A DNA stretch of 64,000 nucleotides from a virus: positions 28,146 to 92,145 of the IMG/VR virus record IMGVR_UViG_3300033150_001135; one strand, 5' to 3'. Positions 20,904-31,943 of this stretch are shown here, piece by piece. The position numbers were made by a program, and so were the translations under genes. Positions within the stretch are counted from its first letter, which is position 1, and each line of letters opens with the position of its first letter. Under the pieces are notes generated by a model. The model was not told the DNA's origin. It ran no database searches and saw only the letters and a list, made by a program, of their open reading frames with translations.

Positions 20904-23278
20904 GATTAAAGTTTGAAAATATGTGGAAAGGAAGTTCATTGAAAGCTGGCGGGGTTTTCCCTATTGATATTATTGAGGTTTATTTTGATATTAATCCAGG
21001 TTGTAAATATTTCCGTTTAGTCATTTTAAATTTCGTTTTTTCAGTACAGTTTAGGGGAGGAGATATGATAAAATGACCATAAAGAACCTTTCAAAAAGAA
21101 AATGTCCTTACTGTGGTAAGGAGTTTGAGCCTAAAGTTTTTTGGCAAAAGTTTTGTTGTCCCGAACACCAAAAAGCTTATTGGAATGACATGAGAAAAGG
21201 GAATCGTGCCCTAAGGCAAAAAATAATTGAACTAGATAAAGAAATAGAAGAACTAAAACAAAAAATAAGCAATTAGTAAGTAGAGCAATTAGCCGGAATG
21301 CTTATCATCCCAAAGGAAAAACTTTGACGAAATGGTCTAAAAGATATTGGGAGGGAAAACTATGACTAAACAAACCAGCTTCAAACCTTGCCCATTTTGT
21401 GGGAGTGAGAAAGCGATTTACATGAATAATGTAAGTGAAGGAGTTTATTGGGTTTTTTGCTTTAGATGTAATGCAACAGGACCACCGAAGGATACCGAAG
21501 CAAAAGCATTCGAAGCATGGAATGAAAGGACAGAGAAGGAGTAATCCAATGAAAAATAAATCAGAAGAGATTGTTTTAGAGGACCTTACTTGTGGATATA
21601 AGCGAATAGCAAAAAAGTTAATCATCCCATCTACAGAAGAAGCGGAAGAAATCATCTATATCAGAAGTTTTTACAAGAACTTAGATGGCGAGTGGATTGA
21701 AAAGAACGATTCTCCAACATCCCTTGAATTTTCTGATATCATCAAAATTTACGAAGCCTGGGGGAAGAAAAAAGAAGTCACGGAAAATGATGTGTGGATA
21801 TTACTTTTTGGACTTCGTGCAATAGAAGATAAGATAGTTACAGAAGAAAACATAACGAAATTTCAAACCAATTTTATCACTAACTGGCTTTCTAAACTAG
21901 GTATAGAGGTAAAGTCAGAAGGAGAGGCAAATGAAAATAACAAAGGCATGGATTAAAAAATGGAAGCCTTGTGACGAAGCTATAGAGTGGATCGAAGAGC
22001 AAGATACGAAAGATGTGTTTGAGTTAATTAGAAAGCTCAGACATTCAAACGTATCGAACAAGTATGACTGGTTGTTTTGGGCTATACCAAGATTGATAAA
22101 GACAAAGAAGGATAAAATCAGATTTGCCTTATATTGTATTGAGTTTGTTACGTTACCTATAGTTGAGGAAGAATGTCTTTATGGCAAATGTCATCAAGAA
22201 GCAACGAGAGATGTTAAAGATGCTGCTATTCGATATGCCGTTTGGTCTATTGTTGAGATGACTGAGGCTATTCATTGGGCAACTACTAAAAAAAATAAAA
22301 TTAGGACTACTAAAGCTGTCACTAAGGTTGTTGCTATAGCCACTAAGGCTGTTACTAAGGCTGGTAAGTATGTTGATGAAAAAAGAGATGCGATAGTAGA
22401 TTATGGGGTTAAGTTATTAAAGGAGCAATCTAACTAAGAGAGATAAGAAATGAATATGTATCCAACGAAAGAACAATTAGAGAAGATACACGAGATTGAC
22501 AAACTAAAACTTCCGATAAAGGAAAAAGTCCCTAAAATGCTTTCTCATCTCAAATCTATATGGTACTATAATAATTTTTTCATTGACAACGGAAAAGATG
22601 GCTTTGAACTCCATACTGGTGGCTGGTCTGGTAACGAGGATATTATATCAGAACTAAGAAAAACAGCGTTTTGGATTTTTTTCTGGCAGAAGACAGAAAG
22701 GGGAGGGCATTATTACTTTGACTATCAAATGGTGAGAATGGATGAAAAGGAACAATCCAATGAAGGGGGTAGGAGATGAGAGAAAATTTAAACCCAATGT
22801 CTAAGGGGCAAGCTATACTACTAAGCAAGTCAAAATTCTACGAAGATTGGATAGATGGGGATATTGTGGCATTTCAATTATTCACAAGCAAACTTTGTAT
22901 GCCGTTTGGAATACTTCATAAAGCAACGGAAACGGTTTTGAACCGCCCTATATGGATTCATGAGTTTGGGTCTAGGGGACATTTACAAGAAGAATTTATT
23001 ATAAAACTCAAATCTAAAAAAGGAGCAATCCAATAAAGGAGGTAAAAAATGAGTAGTTATACATATTATCCAGAGGACAGGATTCCTTTTACAAAGAATT
23101 CGCCTAGATGTCCTAAGTGCGGTGGAAAAACACAACGAACATACCAGATTGGTGGGGGAGTGTTTAGTCCTTATCGTGATTCTGATTGGTCAGGGGTTGA
23201 GTTTCTAAACGTATATTGCCAAGACTGCACCTACAGATTTCCGCAGTATGTTAAAACTCCCAAGAAGGAGCAATCCAA
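20871..23278 (+). repeat. Dispersed 14-nt gene-junction motif AAGGAGCAATCCAA (6 copies)
   Basis: Copies at 20871, 21536, 22420, 22747, 23020, 23265, each with 0-1 mismatch and at an ORF 3' end. Confidence 0.85.
21362..21544 (+). CDS. Second Lar-family Zn-finger paralog
   Basis: FKPCPFCG..CFRCNATGP..AFEAWNER; shares upstream GGGAGGGAAAAC..TATGACTAAACAA with the first copy. Confidence 0.7.
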   Translation: MTKQTSFKPCPFCGSEKAIYMNNVSEGVYWVFCFRCNATGPPKDTEAKAFEAWNERTEKE

Positions 23279-24387
23279 CCAAAGGAAGAGTAAATGAAAA
23301 AGAAAATGGAACCCGCTGAAGTATGGGTTTATTGTCCCTACTGCGGTACTAAGAGCTGGTTTGTACTTTCATTGTCTGATACTATGGAACCTGTGTGTCA
23401 AAAATGTGGGAGAGAACTGAAGCCTCTTCAGTTACTTAAAGAAGTTATAGGAAAAAGAGGTAGTAAGAACTTAAATTATAATAGGATAGGAGGTAAGAAA
23501 TGATAGTTATAACAAGAAACAAAGTGTTTGTTTGGGTATCAACTGTGGGATTTGTTTGTTTCATACTAGGTTTTTTTCTGGGACTTTATGTGCAACAGAA
23601 TTATTGTAAATTCCAAATGGAGAGGAGTATGGAAAAAAGTCAAGAACTAGCTACCTCTTACCATGTACCAGAATCAAGCCCAGATATAGAGAGATTATCA
23701 AGATAGATAGAGAGCAATGGAAAAGATACAAAAAAAAGTAAGGGTAGAGGTAAGTAACCTATATTAACCGTATATGTAAGGAGGATACAAAGTTATGGAA
23801 CAAAAGTTAAAAGAAAAAATCGATGAGTGGGCAAACAAAGAACCTCGTTCATTAGTTGAACTTATGCCCGACTATCTAGTGGAAACGATACGAAGAACTC
23901 CTGACCTCTTCGCAGCTTCTCGTAATCAGTCAGTAGAAAGATTTCTACGAGACATAGGATTCGATGAACCTGCGGTACGGGAAATACTGAGACAAAGGAG
24001 AAGGGAGAAAAAGTGTTATGACACAAGTATGTAGAAGGGTATATAAGATTACTGGTTAGTATCGAGTTCACTCGTGAGACCACGAGAGAACGAGTGCTTT
24101 ATACCCCAAAAACAACTATTCAACCATTACGAAGGAGTTTCGTATGAAGAGTTCACTCAAAGACTTCATCAGTAAATACCAAGAAAAAGAAGTTTCCGAA
24201 ATACTAAACTCTTGTCTTGGCGGAAGTAACGATCTAGTAAAAGAACTTCTAGAAGTGCGAGAAATTAAGGAAGCTATCTACAACATATGGGTAGATGGGG
24301 TAGTAGGTGGTATTTACTATACGATTGCACGGTCTACCGACCTAGATATACTGGAGGAGAAGACCGGAACATTTGTGGAGGAAGTAA

Positions 24388-24765
24388 ATGCTTATAACAC
24401 GAAAACATAAGGAAGTTCGGAAACCTTGGGGTAAAGAAATATGGTTTGCTAATGGTCCTTACTACTTGGGAAAACTGCTGATCATAGAACCAGAGCAGAA
24501 AAGTAGTTACCATTACCATAAGAATAAGGATGAAACATTCTACGTACAAGAGGGAATACTACAACTAGTAACAGATAACAACAAAATATCTATTGTTGGT
24601 AAGGGGTATTCAGTTCACATGCCTGCGGGAACTAAACATAGTTTACAAGCATTAACGCGTCGAGTAATACTACTTGAGGTTTCTACTTATCATCCTAATG
24701 ATTCAATACGAGTCAGAGACTACTATGGACGAGAGACTACGATAAGTGATGAAGAAGAAAGGTAG
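24388..24765 (+). CDS. Cupin (sugar-phosphate isomerase-like)
   Basis: KPWGKE, SSYHYHKNKDETFYV and GTKH cupin motifs. Confidence 0.8.
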   Translation: MLITRKHKEVRKPWGKEIWFANGPYYLGKLLIIEPEQKSSYHYHKNKDETFYVQEGILQLVTDNNKISIVGKGYSVHMPAGTKHSLQALTRRVILLEVSTYHPNDSIRVRDYYGRETTISDEEER

Positions 24766-24771
24766 AAGCTA

Positions 24772-25650
24772 ATGTTTAAAGAAGAGAAAATCAAAAAGTT
24801 AGAAGACTACTGTATTTTGGAAGGTTATAGAGGCAGTATAGCTCACGGGACTTACGATCCTGATTCAGATTTTGACGACAAAGATGTTATGGGAGTTTTT
24901 ATTCCACCACGTGATGTCGTATTTGGTATCAAGCACATGGGAACCGTAAGTGCTATGTGGAGTGAAAAAATTTCGCAGAAAAAAACAATACTGTGGGATT
25001 ACGTTTACTATACTTTGCCTAAGTACTTGTCGTTACTGGTTAAGCAAAACCCAAACGTTATTATGTTGTTGTGGCTGTCCGAAAAGCATTACATCAAAAG
25101 AACGCCTCTGGGCAACAAATTAATTGAAAATCGAGAAAAACTCCTATCAAAAGACTGTTACCATTCTTTTTGTGGTTATGCTTATGGTCAGCTGCACAGA
25201 ATGACCCACCATTCATCTACAGGCAGAATGGGTAGTAAAAGAAAAGCTCTTGTTAAGAAATTTGGATATGATGTAAAGAATGCTAGCCATCTTATTCGGC
25301 TTCTTAAGATGGGACTTGAAACGTTAGCCACAGGTGAAATGATTGTAGAACGACCTGATAATAATATGCTTCTAGAAATCAAACGAGGGGAATGGAGTTT
25401 AGATAGAGTAGTAAAGAAATCGGACGAGTTGTTTAAGAGACTAGACGAGGCTCTACTAGTTTCAAAACTTGAAAATCACGTAGACCGTGATTTCGTAAAC
25501 AGGTTGTGTATGGAAATAATGACTGAGTTTTACCACGTTGGAAAGTATAATAAATTAGAAGACCTTACAAATAAGAAAGTATTCTTTACTCCAGATACTC
25601 TAGAGTTTACTAGAAGAGAGATGCTAAAACTTAGGAAGAGAGGTAAGTAG
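24772..25650 (+). CDS. Pol-beta superfamily nucleotidyltransferase (PF10127/RlaP-like)
   Basis: GSIAHGT..DSDFDDKDVMGVF, NPN, YDVKNASHLIRLL. Confidence 0.8.
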   Translation: MFKEEKIKKLEDYCILEGYRGSIAHGTYDPDSDFDDKDVMGVFIPPRDVVFGIKHMGTVSAMWSEKISQKKTILWDYVYYTLPKYLSLLVKQNPNVIMLLWLSEKHYIKRTPLGNKLIENREKLLSKDCYHSFCGYAYGQLHRMTHHSSTGRMGSKRKALVKKFGYDVKNASHLIRLLKMGLETLATGEMIVERPDNNMLLEIKRGEWSLDRVVKKSDELFKRLDEALLVSKLENHVDRDFVNRLCMEIMTEFYHVGKYNKLEDLTNKKVFFTPDTLEFTRREMLKLRKRGK

Positions 25651-25995
25651 AGAATGATTATCTACGTTTGCAACTGTGGTTCAAAACTTGTAGTTGAGGA
25701 GAATACTGAAAAAAGTAGACGTAACAAGGTTCGATGGAAGAGGAAACATAGTAAAGGATCGCATCGTTGGGTTAGACGAACGGTTCGAGAAAAACAAAGC
25801 AGAGGAGAAAAGTAGAATGACAAAACCTATATATACTCAACTTTGGTTTCGTAAAAACCTTGAAAGTAGAATAGAATACCGTAAGTATTTGTATGGATTT
25901 TTCCCACTATGTCGTAAATGTAAGCATTCCTGTAAAGTAGTACAAGAACCGGAGGTTAAGTTTATATGTACCAGGTTCGAATCTATGGAGAAGAA

Positions 25996-26283
25996 ATGAA
26001 CATTACAATTAATAAGTCATCAGTTACTGAGAACCGAGTTTTGAAGAAGTTAAGAAACGTTCATACAGCAGCATTACCAGTTTTAATTTCTTTGTTTGTT
26101 CACTCGGAGAATGGTAGATTAGTTACTATAAAAATTGATCAACTTTGTTTCGAGACTGGATATTCTTGGGGAGCGGTATGTGATGCGTTGAAGTGTTTAC
26201 AAGATGCTGAAGTAGTGGAAGGTGCACGATTCGAAAAAGAGGGTGGCAAAACCTACTTGCTAAAAGATATTAATAAGTTATAG
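25996..26283 (+). CDS. Winged-HTH protein, possible origin-binding/initiator
   Basis: IKIDQLCFETGYSWGAVCDALKCLQDAEVV HTH pattern; near the palindrome cluster. Confidence 0.45.
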   Translation: MNITINKSSVTENRVLKKLRNVHTAALPVLISLFVHSENGRLVTIKIDQLCFETGYSWGAVCDALKCLQDAEVVEGARFEKEGGKTYLLKDINKL

Positions 26284-26570
26284 AGAAGGAGTAGAAAACG
26301 ATGCATTTAACGAAAGATCAAGAAAAAAGAAGGAAGCAAATGTACTTAGACTTAGAGGAGGATAGAAAGTGGTTTGAGGCAAAAGTTAGTAATGAAATTA
26401 TACAAAAAATGGGACGAGTTTCTTTGTATAAGAAAGCAATAGCAGAAATTAAGAAAGTTATGAGTAAGGAATGGATGGAAGAAAATTTTTCAGAACTTGT
26501 AGAATTTACGAAGAAACGACCGTATATGGAACAGTTAACTAGTATACAAAGAAGGAAGAAATAATGGGTG

Positions 26571-26935
26571 ATAGAATATATATTTTATATTCTATACTCT
26601 GGAAAAATATAGAATATAAGTTCTATATTCTATCTTCTTCACTTGTCAGAGGCGAAAATGAAAAATAGAATATACATGCTATATTCTATGCTTTGGAAAA
26701 ATATAGAATATAAGTTCTATATTCTATCTGTAGCTAGAAATTTTCGTTTTCACCCCCCCGTTTTAACCTCTTATAATATATATAATAAACGATACAATGA
26801 ACGTTTACCACTCGTGGTAAACGTTTTATACGTTACTAACTATTCCTCCTATCCTCTTATATACACATTTAGAATATCTAAAGATATTCTTCTTTTAGTA
26901 TATAAGAGGAGCGAAGTGAACTTTCGTCACTTCGC
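26571..26935. repeat. Probable replication origin: four 25-bp palindromes plus cruciform hairpins
   Basis: ATAGAATATA-N5-TATATTCTAT at 26571, 26609, 26665, 26703; 12-bp hairpin AACGTTTACCAC/GTGGTAAACGTT (26800-26825); nested CCTCTTATATAC/GTATATAAGAGG; upstream of the helicase. Confidence 0.7.
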
Positions 26936-26988
26936 ATATCTACTACCACCACTTAAAAAAGAGCTTCTTAGAAAAGGGAAACAAGACG

Positions 26989-27741
26989 ATGGACATACAA
27001 CTAAGTAAAGAACAAATAGAAACATTCGAAACAATTCGTGACCTCTTATGGTTCTACTCACGAGAGTACTTTAGAGCGGAACCTTTACTTCCTTCGTTAC
27101 CAAAGCAGGAACGGTTGAACGTATACTGTAAGAAACGTAGAAGAAAGAAACTGAGTAAAGTTTCTAAGATGGAACGAGACAAGTTGAGGAAGTTTACTCG
27201 TATACTTGCTTTAGTAGAGGAACTCGACGTACCTCTTCGAACTTTTATCCATGTACAAGTTAGAGCTCTTGCAACTATTCAACCTACCACACTTCCACGG
27301 TTAGGTAATCTTTCCTCCGAGTTGTCGAAGAGTAGGTTCCACCAGTTCTCTACAGAGAAGGAACGTTCCATCGGAGCAGACGGGAAAAGAAAACAACTTG
27401 AATCTAAAGAACCGGAAGTTAAGTATCTTATCGCGGCATCGGTAAAATTACTTCTACGTCGTCTCTGCTTGATTATGGAAGAACAAGGACAAGTTCCCCC
27501 TCTTCACGTAGTTATAGAGGAGTTACGACTTCTTCTTTCATCACGAAGAATTTCGAAACTTTACTTGCTAGTTTCACCAGTAGTAGAACATGATCTTGAG
27601 TTACGAAAGGAACGAATAAAACTAAGTGAACGAGTAAGTAAGAAAACTATAGAAGAGATAGAAAGTGCAACTAAGTCGTTAGAGTTAGAAAACGAGTTAA
27701 ACGATACTAAAGTGAAGGAGTTACTACAATATGTCATCTAA
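26989..27741 (+). CDS. Hypothetical replication-associated protein
   Basis: 250-aa basic helical ORF overlapping the helicase start. Confidence 0.5.
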   Translation: MDIQLSKEQIETFETIRDLLWFYSREYFRAEPLLPSLPKQERLNVYCKKRRRKKLSKVSKMERDKLRKFTRILALVEELDVPLRTFIHVQVRALATIQPTTLPRLGNLSSELSKSRFHQFSTEKERSIGADGKRKQLESKEPEVKYLIAASVKLLLRRLCLIMEEQGQVPPLHVVIEELRLLLSSRRISKLYLLVSPVVEHDLELRKERIKLSERVSKKTIEEIESATKSLELENELNDTKVKELLQYVI

Positions 27742-29092
27742 TCAACAACAAGATAGAAAATCTTACGGGTTCACGGAGTCAATACAAAAAAGAATAGTAG
27801 CGATGTTGCTACATGAATCCGACTCTGTTGTGGAAAACATTGAAATTATACGACCAGAATACTTTGACTATAAGGTCTTGTCCGACTTTGTTCGTATCAT
27901 TGAACAGTTTTATACGTCATATAGTAGAGCACCAAACTACGATGAATTTATAGAAGAAGTAAGTAGGTATCTTTCCTCAGAATCCGAGTTACCAAAGGAG
28001 CAGTATTGGAAAACGATTGAAGAGTTGGTTGAAATAGGGGAAGAAGGTGAGTTTGAATATGTAAGAGATCAAGTAGTAAACTTTGCTCGTTACCAAGCGG
28101 TTAAACGTGCAATGGTTGAATCAGTTGACGAGTTACGAACTTCTCGTAACTACACAAGTATTGTTGAAAAGATACGAATCGCTACAATGGTAGGGGAAGA
28201 GTTGGAAAGTTTAGGGACTTTTTATATTCAGAATTTGGAGGAACGTCTCCGACATCGGGAGGAACGAGGAGATCGGGCGGAACGAGCTATTCCAACTGGT
28301 CTTAGTCAACTTGACTATAGGTTGGGGGGAGGAGTAGCCCCACCGGAACTAGCCATTCTTCTAGCTCCTATGAAAAGAGGAAAAACTATAACGGTAGCTA
28401 ACTTTGGTTTTAGTGCCGTTTTAGACGGGAAGAATGTTCTTCATTATCCGTTAGAGGGGAGTCAAGAGAGTATGGAGGAAATATACGACTCCTTGGTATC
28501 AGGTATTGAGCGTGAGAATCTAAAGGGACGAAGCGAAGAGATTCGAGAACATTTGTATTCCAAAATAAAAGGACGAGGGGCGGGAGACCTGGTAATAAAA
28601 CATTTCCCTCCAAACTACTTGTCACCAGCGCGGATGGAGAAACATATACAACTTCTTAAGTTTAGACATCACTTCATCCCTGACTTAGTTATTATCGATT
28701 ACTTGGGGCTTATGATATCGTCACAAAGAAAGGCTGATATTTCAGATAGATACCAGTATTTGGGTCTTATAACTAAGGAGTTGTTGTCTTTAGCACATAA
28801 GTATCATTTTGCTATCTGGCTTCTTCACCAGGGAACTAGAAAATCGAAGACTAAGAATCTGGTGGATATTACGGATGCAGCTGATTCCATAGAGCCAATG
28901 CGGGATGCCGACCTTATTGTTTCCATTAATCAAAGTGACGTGGAGGCTAAGAAAGAGGGGGTGCAAGGTATGGAATTCTTCATAGCGGGTGGTCGTATGG
29001 TTAGAGATCGGGGTAGTAATATAGTAGTGTCCATCGACAAAGCAAAATGTCAAGTATTCGAGGCTATAGGAGAAGAATATGAGAAGAAATAA
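27731..29092 (+). CDS. dnaB: Replicative DnaB-like helicase
   Basis: IPTGLSQLD, Walker A APMKRGKT, LE, VIIDY, DADLIV. Confidence 0.9.
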   Translation: MSSNQQQDRKSYGFTESIQKRIVAMLLHESDSVVENIEIIRPEYFDYKVLSDFVRIIEQFYTSYSRAPNYDEFIEEVSRYLSSESELPKEQYWKTIEELVEIGEEGEFEYVRDQVVNFARYQAVKRAMVESVDELRTSRNYTSIVEKIRIATMVGEELESLGTFYIQNLEERLRHREERGDRAERAIPTGLSQLDYRLGGGVAPPELAILLAPMKRGKTITVANFGFSAVLDGKNVLHYPLEGSQESMEEIYDSLVSGIERENLKGRSEEIREHLYSKIKGRGAGDLVIKHFPPNYLSPARMEKHIQLLKFRHHFIPDLVIIDYLGLMISSQRKADISDRYQYLGLITKELLSLAHKYHFAIWLLHQGTRKSKTKNLVDITDAADSIEPMRDADLIVSINQSDVEAKKEGVQGMEFFIAGGRMVRDRGSNIVVSIDKAKCQVFEAIGEEYEKK

Positions 29093-29101
29093 AAAAAATG
29101 C

Positions 29102-29130
29102 TTGATTTTTCTAACAAAGTTCTTTATAAT
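29102..29130 (+). promoter_or_regulatory. Sigma70-type promoter (copy 2)
   Basis: TTGATT-TTTCTAACAAAGTTCTT-TATAAT with upstream A tract. Confidence 0.85.
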
Positions 29131-29170
29131 AAAGAGACAAACAAAATAGAAGAAAAGGAGACCTAGTAAT

Positions 29171-29884
29171 ATGAAAGGGATTAAAACATTGTTTTTCATT
29201 ATCTTTTGTATGTTGTTGTCGATACTAGTTTCTGTGTTTTATACTAGATCAGAACTAGTTGTATTGAAGAGAGGGTTAGCAGATACTAATTCTAAGATTG
29301 AAACGGTTGGAATAGTATCGAAGCAACTTTTGCTGTACCAGAAGATTGAAGATGTTTGGTTTGAGAAGGGTAGTAAGTACATGAACTATGACGAGCTTCG
29401 AGAACTCGCACGTCAGACATATCGTTACCATCAAAAGTATGGTTCTGAAGGAGAGTTTCCTATAGGACTTGACTACTGGAAAATATTCGCTATAATAGAA
29501 GTGGAAAGTAATTTTAATCCGATGGCGGAAAGTTATGCAGGTGCGATTGGTTTAATGCAAGTTATGCCGCTAACAGCAACAGGAGTGTTAGAGAGGGAGT
29601 TTGATTTGAGAGGATTAACTAGACGACAAGTTTTAGAGAAACTTAAGAATCCTGTGATGAATTTTCGAATAGGGGTGGCACGACTAATAGAATTACAAAG
29701 ACGATACATAGCATTCGGGTCAGCAGGAAAAGATGACTGGAAGCTTGCTTTGAGTAGTTATAACTGGGGAACTAGGGCTGTTTCCTCCTTAATGGAAGCT
29801 TACGAGAAAGAAACCCCTAAAGCATCATTACGGTATGCTATTTTGGTTGAGCAACGGATGAAAAGATACAAAGAGGAGAAGTAA
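29171..29884 (+). CDS. SLT-domain lytic transglycosylase with N-terminal TM/signal
   Basis: AIIEVESNFNP.A.S.AGAIGLMQVMP and ALSSYNWG. Confidence 0.88.
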   Translation: MKGIKTLFFIIFCMLLSILVSVFYTRSELVVLKRGLADTNSKIETVGIVSKQLLLYQKIEDVWFEKGSKYMNYDELRELARQTYRYHQKYGSEGEFPIGLDYWKIFAIIEVESNFNPMAESYAGAIGLMQVMPLTATGVLEREFDLRGLTRRQVLEKLKNPVMNFRIGVARLIELQRRYIAFGSAGKDDWKLALSSYNWGTRAVSSLMEAYEKETPKASLRYAILVEQRMKRYKEEK

Positions 29885-30906
29885 TGGAAGATAAAGTGAC
29901 AAAAGTAGTTACTTGGGATTGGGAAGTAGTTACTTGGGACGAAATTAGAAAGAAAATAAGTAAGTGGGTGGAAACTGTACTAAACGACTCACTAAATGAC
30001 CCAAAACATTACTTACCAGATGTTGTATTAGGAGTAGATAGAGGAGGGGTTCCCCCAGCAATAATACTATACAACGAACTTTGTTATTCTAACGTAGGAG
30101 ATAGTATTGAATATAGGACTGTAAGTCCTTTTGTAACGGATGTTATGGAAGAGTTTTCTGGTAGACGAGTTATCTTGGTCGATGATATTAGTGATACAGG
30201 AGCTACGATAGATTTTTTGAAAAAGGATGCAAAGAAACATAATGTTGATCTACTTCACGTGTTTACTTTAGTGAAGAGAAAGGAAGGAGATAGAGCTACT
30301 TGGTATGTATTTCCTTGGGAAACTGCGAAAGATACTATAGGGGGACGAGAACAAGCAGCTGTTGCTATTCTACGTAGTATAGGTGAAGATCCATTGCGTG
30401 AAGGACTTTCTAAAACTCCCTACCGTGTAGCTAAAATGTATGATGAACTTTGTATGGGGTATGGTCAGGATCCAAAAGAGGTTCTTAGTACAACATTTAA
30501 CGCTAACTCCTACGATGAAATGATTATTTCAAAAGATATTCGATTCTTTTCTTTATGTGAGCATCATATTCTACCATTCTATGGAAAAGTCCATTTCGGA
30601 TACATACCAGACAAGAGAATAGTAGGGGTATCTAAAATAGCACGTCTGGTGGATGTGTTTGCTCGTCGTTTACAAATACAAGAACGTATGACAATGCAAA
30701 TAGGGCAAACTTTTGAAAAAACTATTAAACCAAAAGGAGTAGGGGTAATTGTGGAAGGAGTACATTTGTGTGAAATGATGCGAGGTGTTCGAAAGGAAAA
30801 TGCTCCTATGATTACTAGTTACTTAGGAGGTACTTTTAGAGATAATGAAACGAGAAGTGAGTTTTTGAGACTAGTAAAATTTGGTTGGCAAGGAGGGGAA
30901 ATATAA
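29884..30906 (+). CDS. folE: Phosphoribosyltransferase domain fused to GTP cyclohydrolase I
   Basis: N-terminal RGG, VILVDDISDTGAT and FPWE; C-terminal REGLSKTPYRV, SLCEHHILPF, RRLQIQER, HLCEMMRG. Confidence 0.92.
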   Translation: MEDKVTKVVTWDWEVVTWDEIRKKISKWVETVLNDSLNDPKHYLPDVVLGVDRGGVPPAIILYNELCYSNVGDSIEYRTVSPFVTDVMEEFSGRRVILVDDISDTGATIDFLKKDAKKHNVDLLHVFTLVKRKEGDRATWYVFPWETAKDTIGGREQAAVAILRSIGEDPLREGLSKTPYRVAKMYDELCMGYGQDPKEVLSTTFNANSYDEMIISKDIRFFSLCEHHILPFYGKVHFGYIPDKRIVGVSKIARLVDVFARRLQIQERMTMQIGQTFEKTIKPKGVGVIVEGVHLCEMMRGVRKENAPMITSYLGGTFRDNETRSEFLRLVKFGWQGGEI

Positions 30907-31943
30907 TGATGGAACCACTTTCTTGTATTTATTTAACAAGAGCTTGTCCTATGAGATGTAAGTATTGTAGGATTCGGGACGCAATTAACATAGGTAAGCA
31001 ACTAAGTTTACCTCAGTGGTTAGATGCGTTTCAGATATTGAAGGATTTAGGAGTGGTATTTCATTTAGTTTTAGGAAATGAAGTGTTGATGCTAGGTAAG
31101 GACTTTGTGGAACTTGTTAAGTTTTGGGAGAAGAATAGTATCAGATATGCCGTATATACCACATTCCCGCCAAAGTTGTGGGAAAAATATAAAGAACTAC
31201 TAGTTGATGCTGGATTGAGAAATATTAGTTGCGGATTTGACTACTACCCGTTTTCTTCTAGTCATGACCGTTCTAAGGAGTTGGGGGATATAGCAACAAA
31301 GTCAATACGAGGATTTGAAGGAGTGAAGTGGGCAAGGAAGCATGGAATTTTAGATACTCAGCTTACTACTACTCTTTCCCCTATAAACTATAACATTGTA
31401 CCTTCTATGATAGAACTAGTGAATAAGTATGGTATATGGGCAGCATTTAATATAATTCATTACGATAGAGATGGTGAGTTTGATTTCTTCCCTCCTAAAG
31501 AGGAAATTCTAGAACTTTTACCAACTTCCTCTAGGGATCGTCGTAATCTTAGACGTATGGCGGATGTGGTTAAGGAGATGATAGTTTCTGGAAAGCATAG
31601 AATTCAAAATCCTCCTGCCTTTTTTGATGCGTTTAAGGAGTATGGAATAAGTTTGGATTGGCATTGTTCTTTGGATTCTTTTATGTATACGGTGGATGCA
31701 GACGGACGAATGCGAGCATGTGGCTATAGGAGGGGTAAACGGTCTCCTCAGTACTCAGTTTTCGACTTGCCGAAGCATTTAGATTCTTTTCTTGAGGACA
31801 ATAGAAAAGATCGGAAGGAGTGCCCAGGGTGCTTTTGGAGCTACTGGTATATGGCGGAATACTACGAGAAGAAGACCGAGTTTAGAAAAGAATTTTTTAC
31901 TGATCATGCTTCAGAATTTTATATAGAAGGAGATAAGAAATGA
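30906..31943 (+). CDS. Radical SAM enzyme with SPASM/twitch-like C-terminus
   Basis: CPMRCKYC; C-terminal C..VDADG.MRAC..CPGC. Confidence 0.85.
   Translation: MMEPLSCIYLTRACPMRCKYCRIRDAINIGKQLSLPQWLDAFQILKDLGVVFHLVLGNEVLMLGKDFVELVKFWEKNSIRYAVYTTFPPKLWEKYKELLVDAGLRNISCGFDYYPFSSSHDRSKELGDIATKSIRGFEGVKWARKHGILDTQLTTTLSPINYNIVPSMIELVNKYGIWAAFNIIHYDRDGEFDFFPPKEEILELLPTSSRDRRNLRRMADVVKEMIVSGKHRIQNPPAFFDAFKEYGISLDWHCSLDSFMYTVDADGRMRACGYRRGKRSPQYSVFDLPKHLDSFLEDNRKDRKECPGCFWSYWYMAEYYEKKTEFRKEFFTDHASEFYIEGDKK

Noticed and set aside
26643-27008. 121-aa ORF
   Set aside because: Runs through the palindromic origin-like region; TTG start, no RBS, repeat-derived peptide
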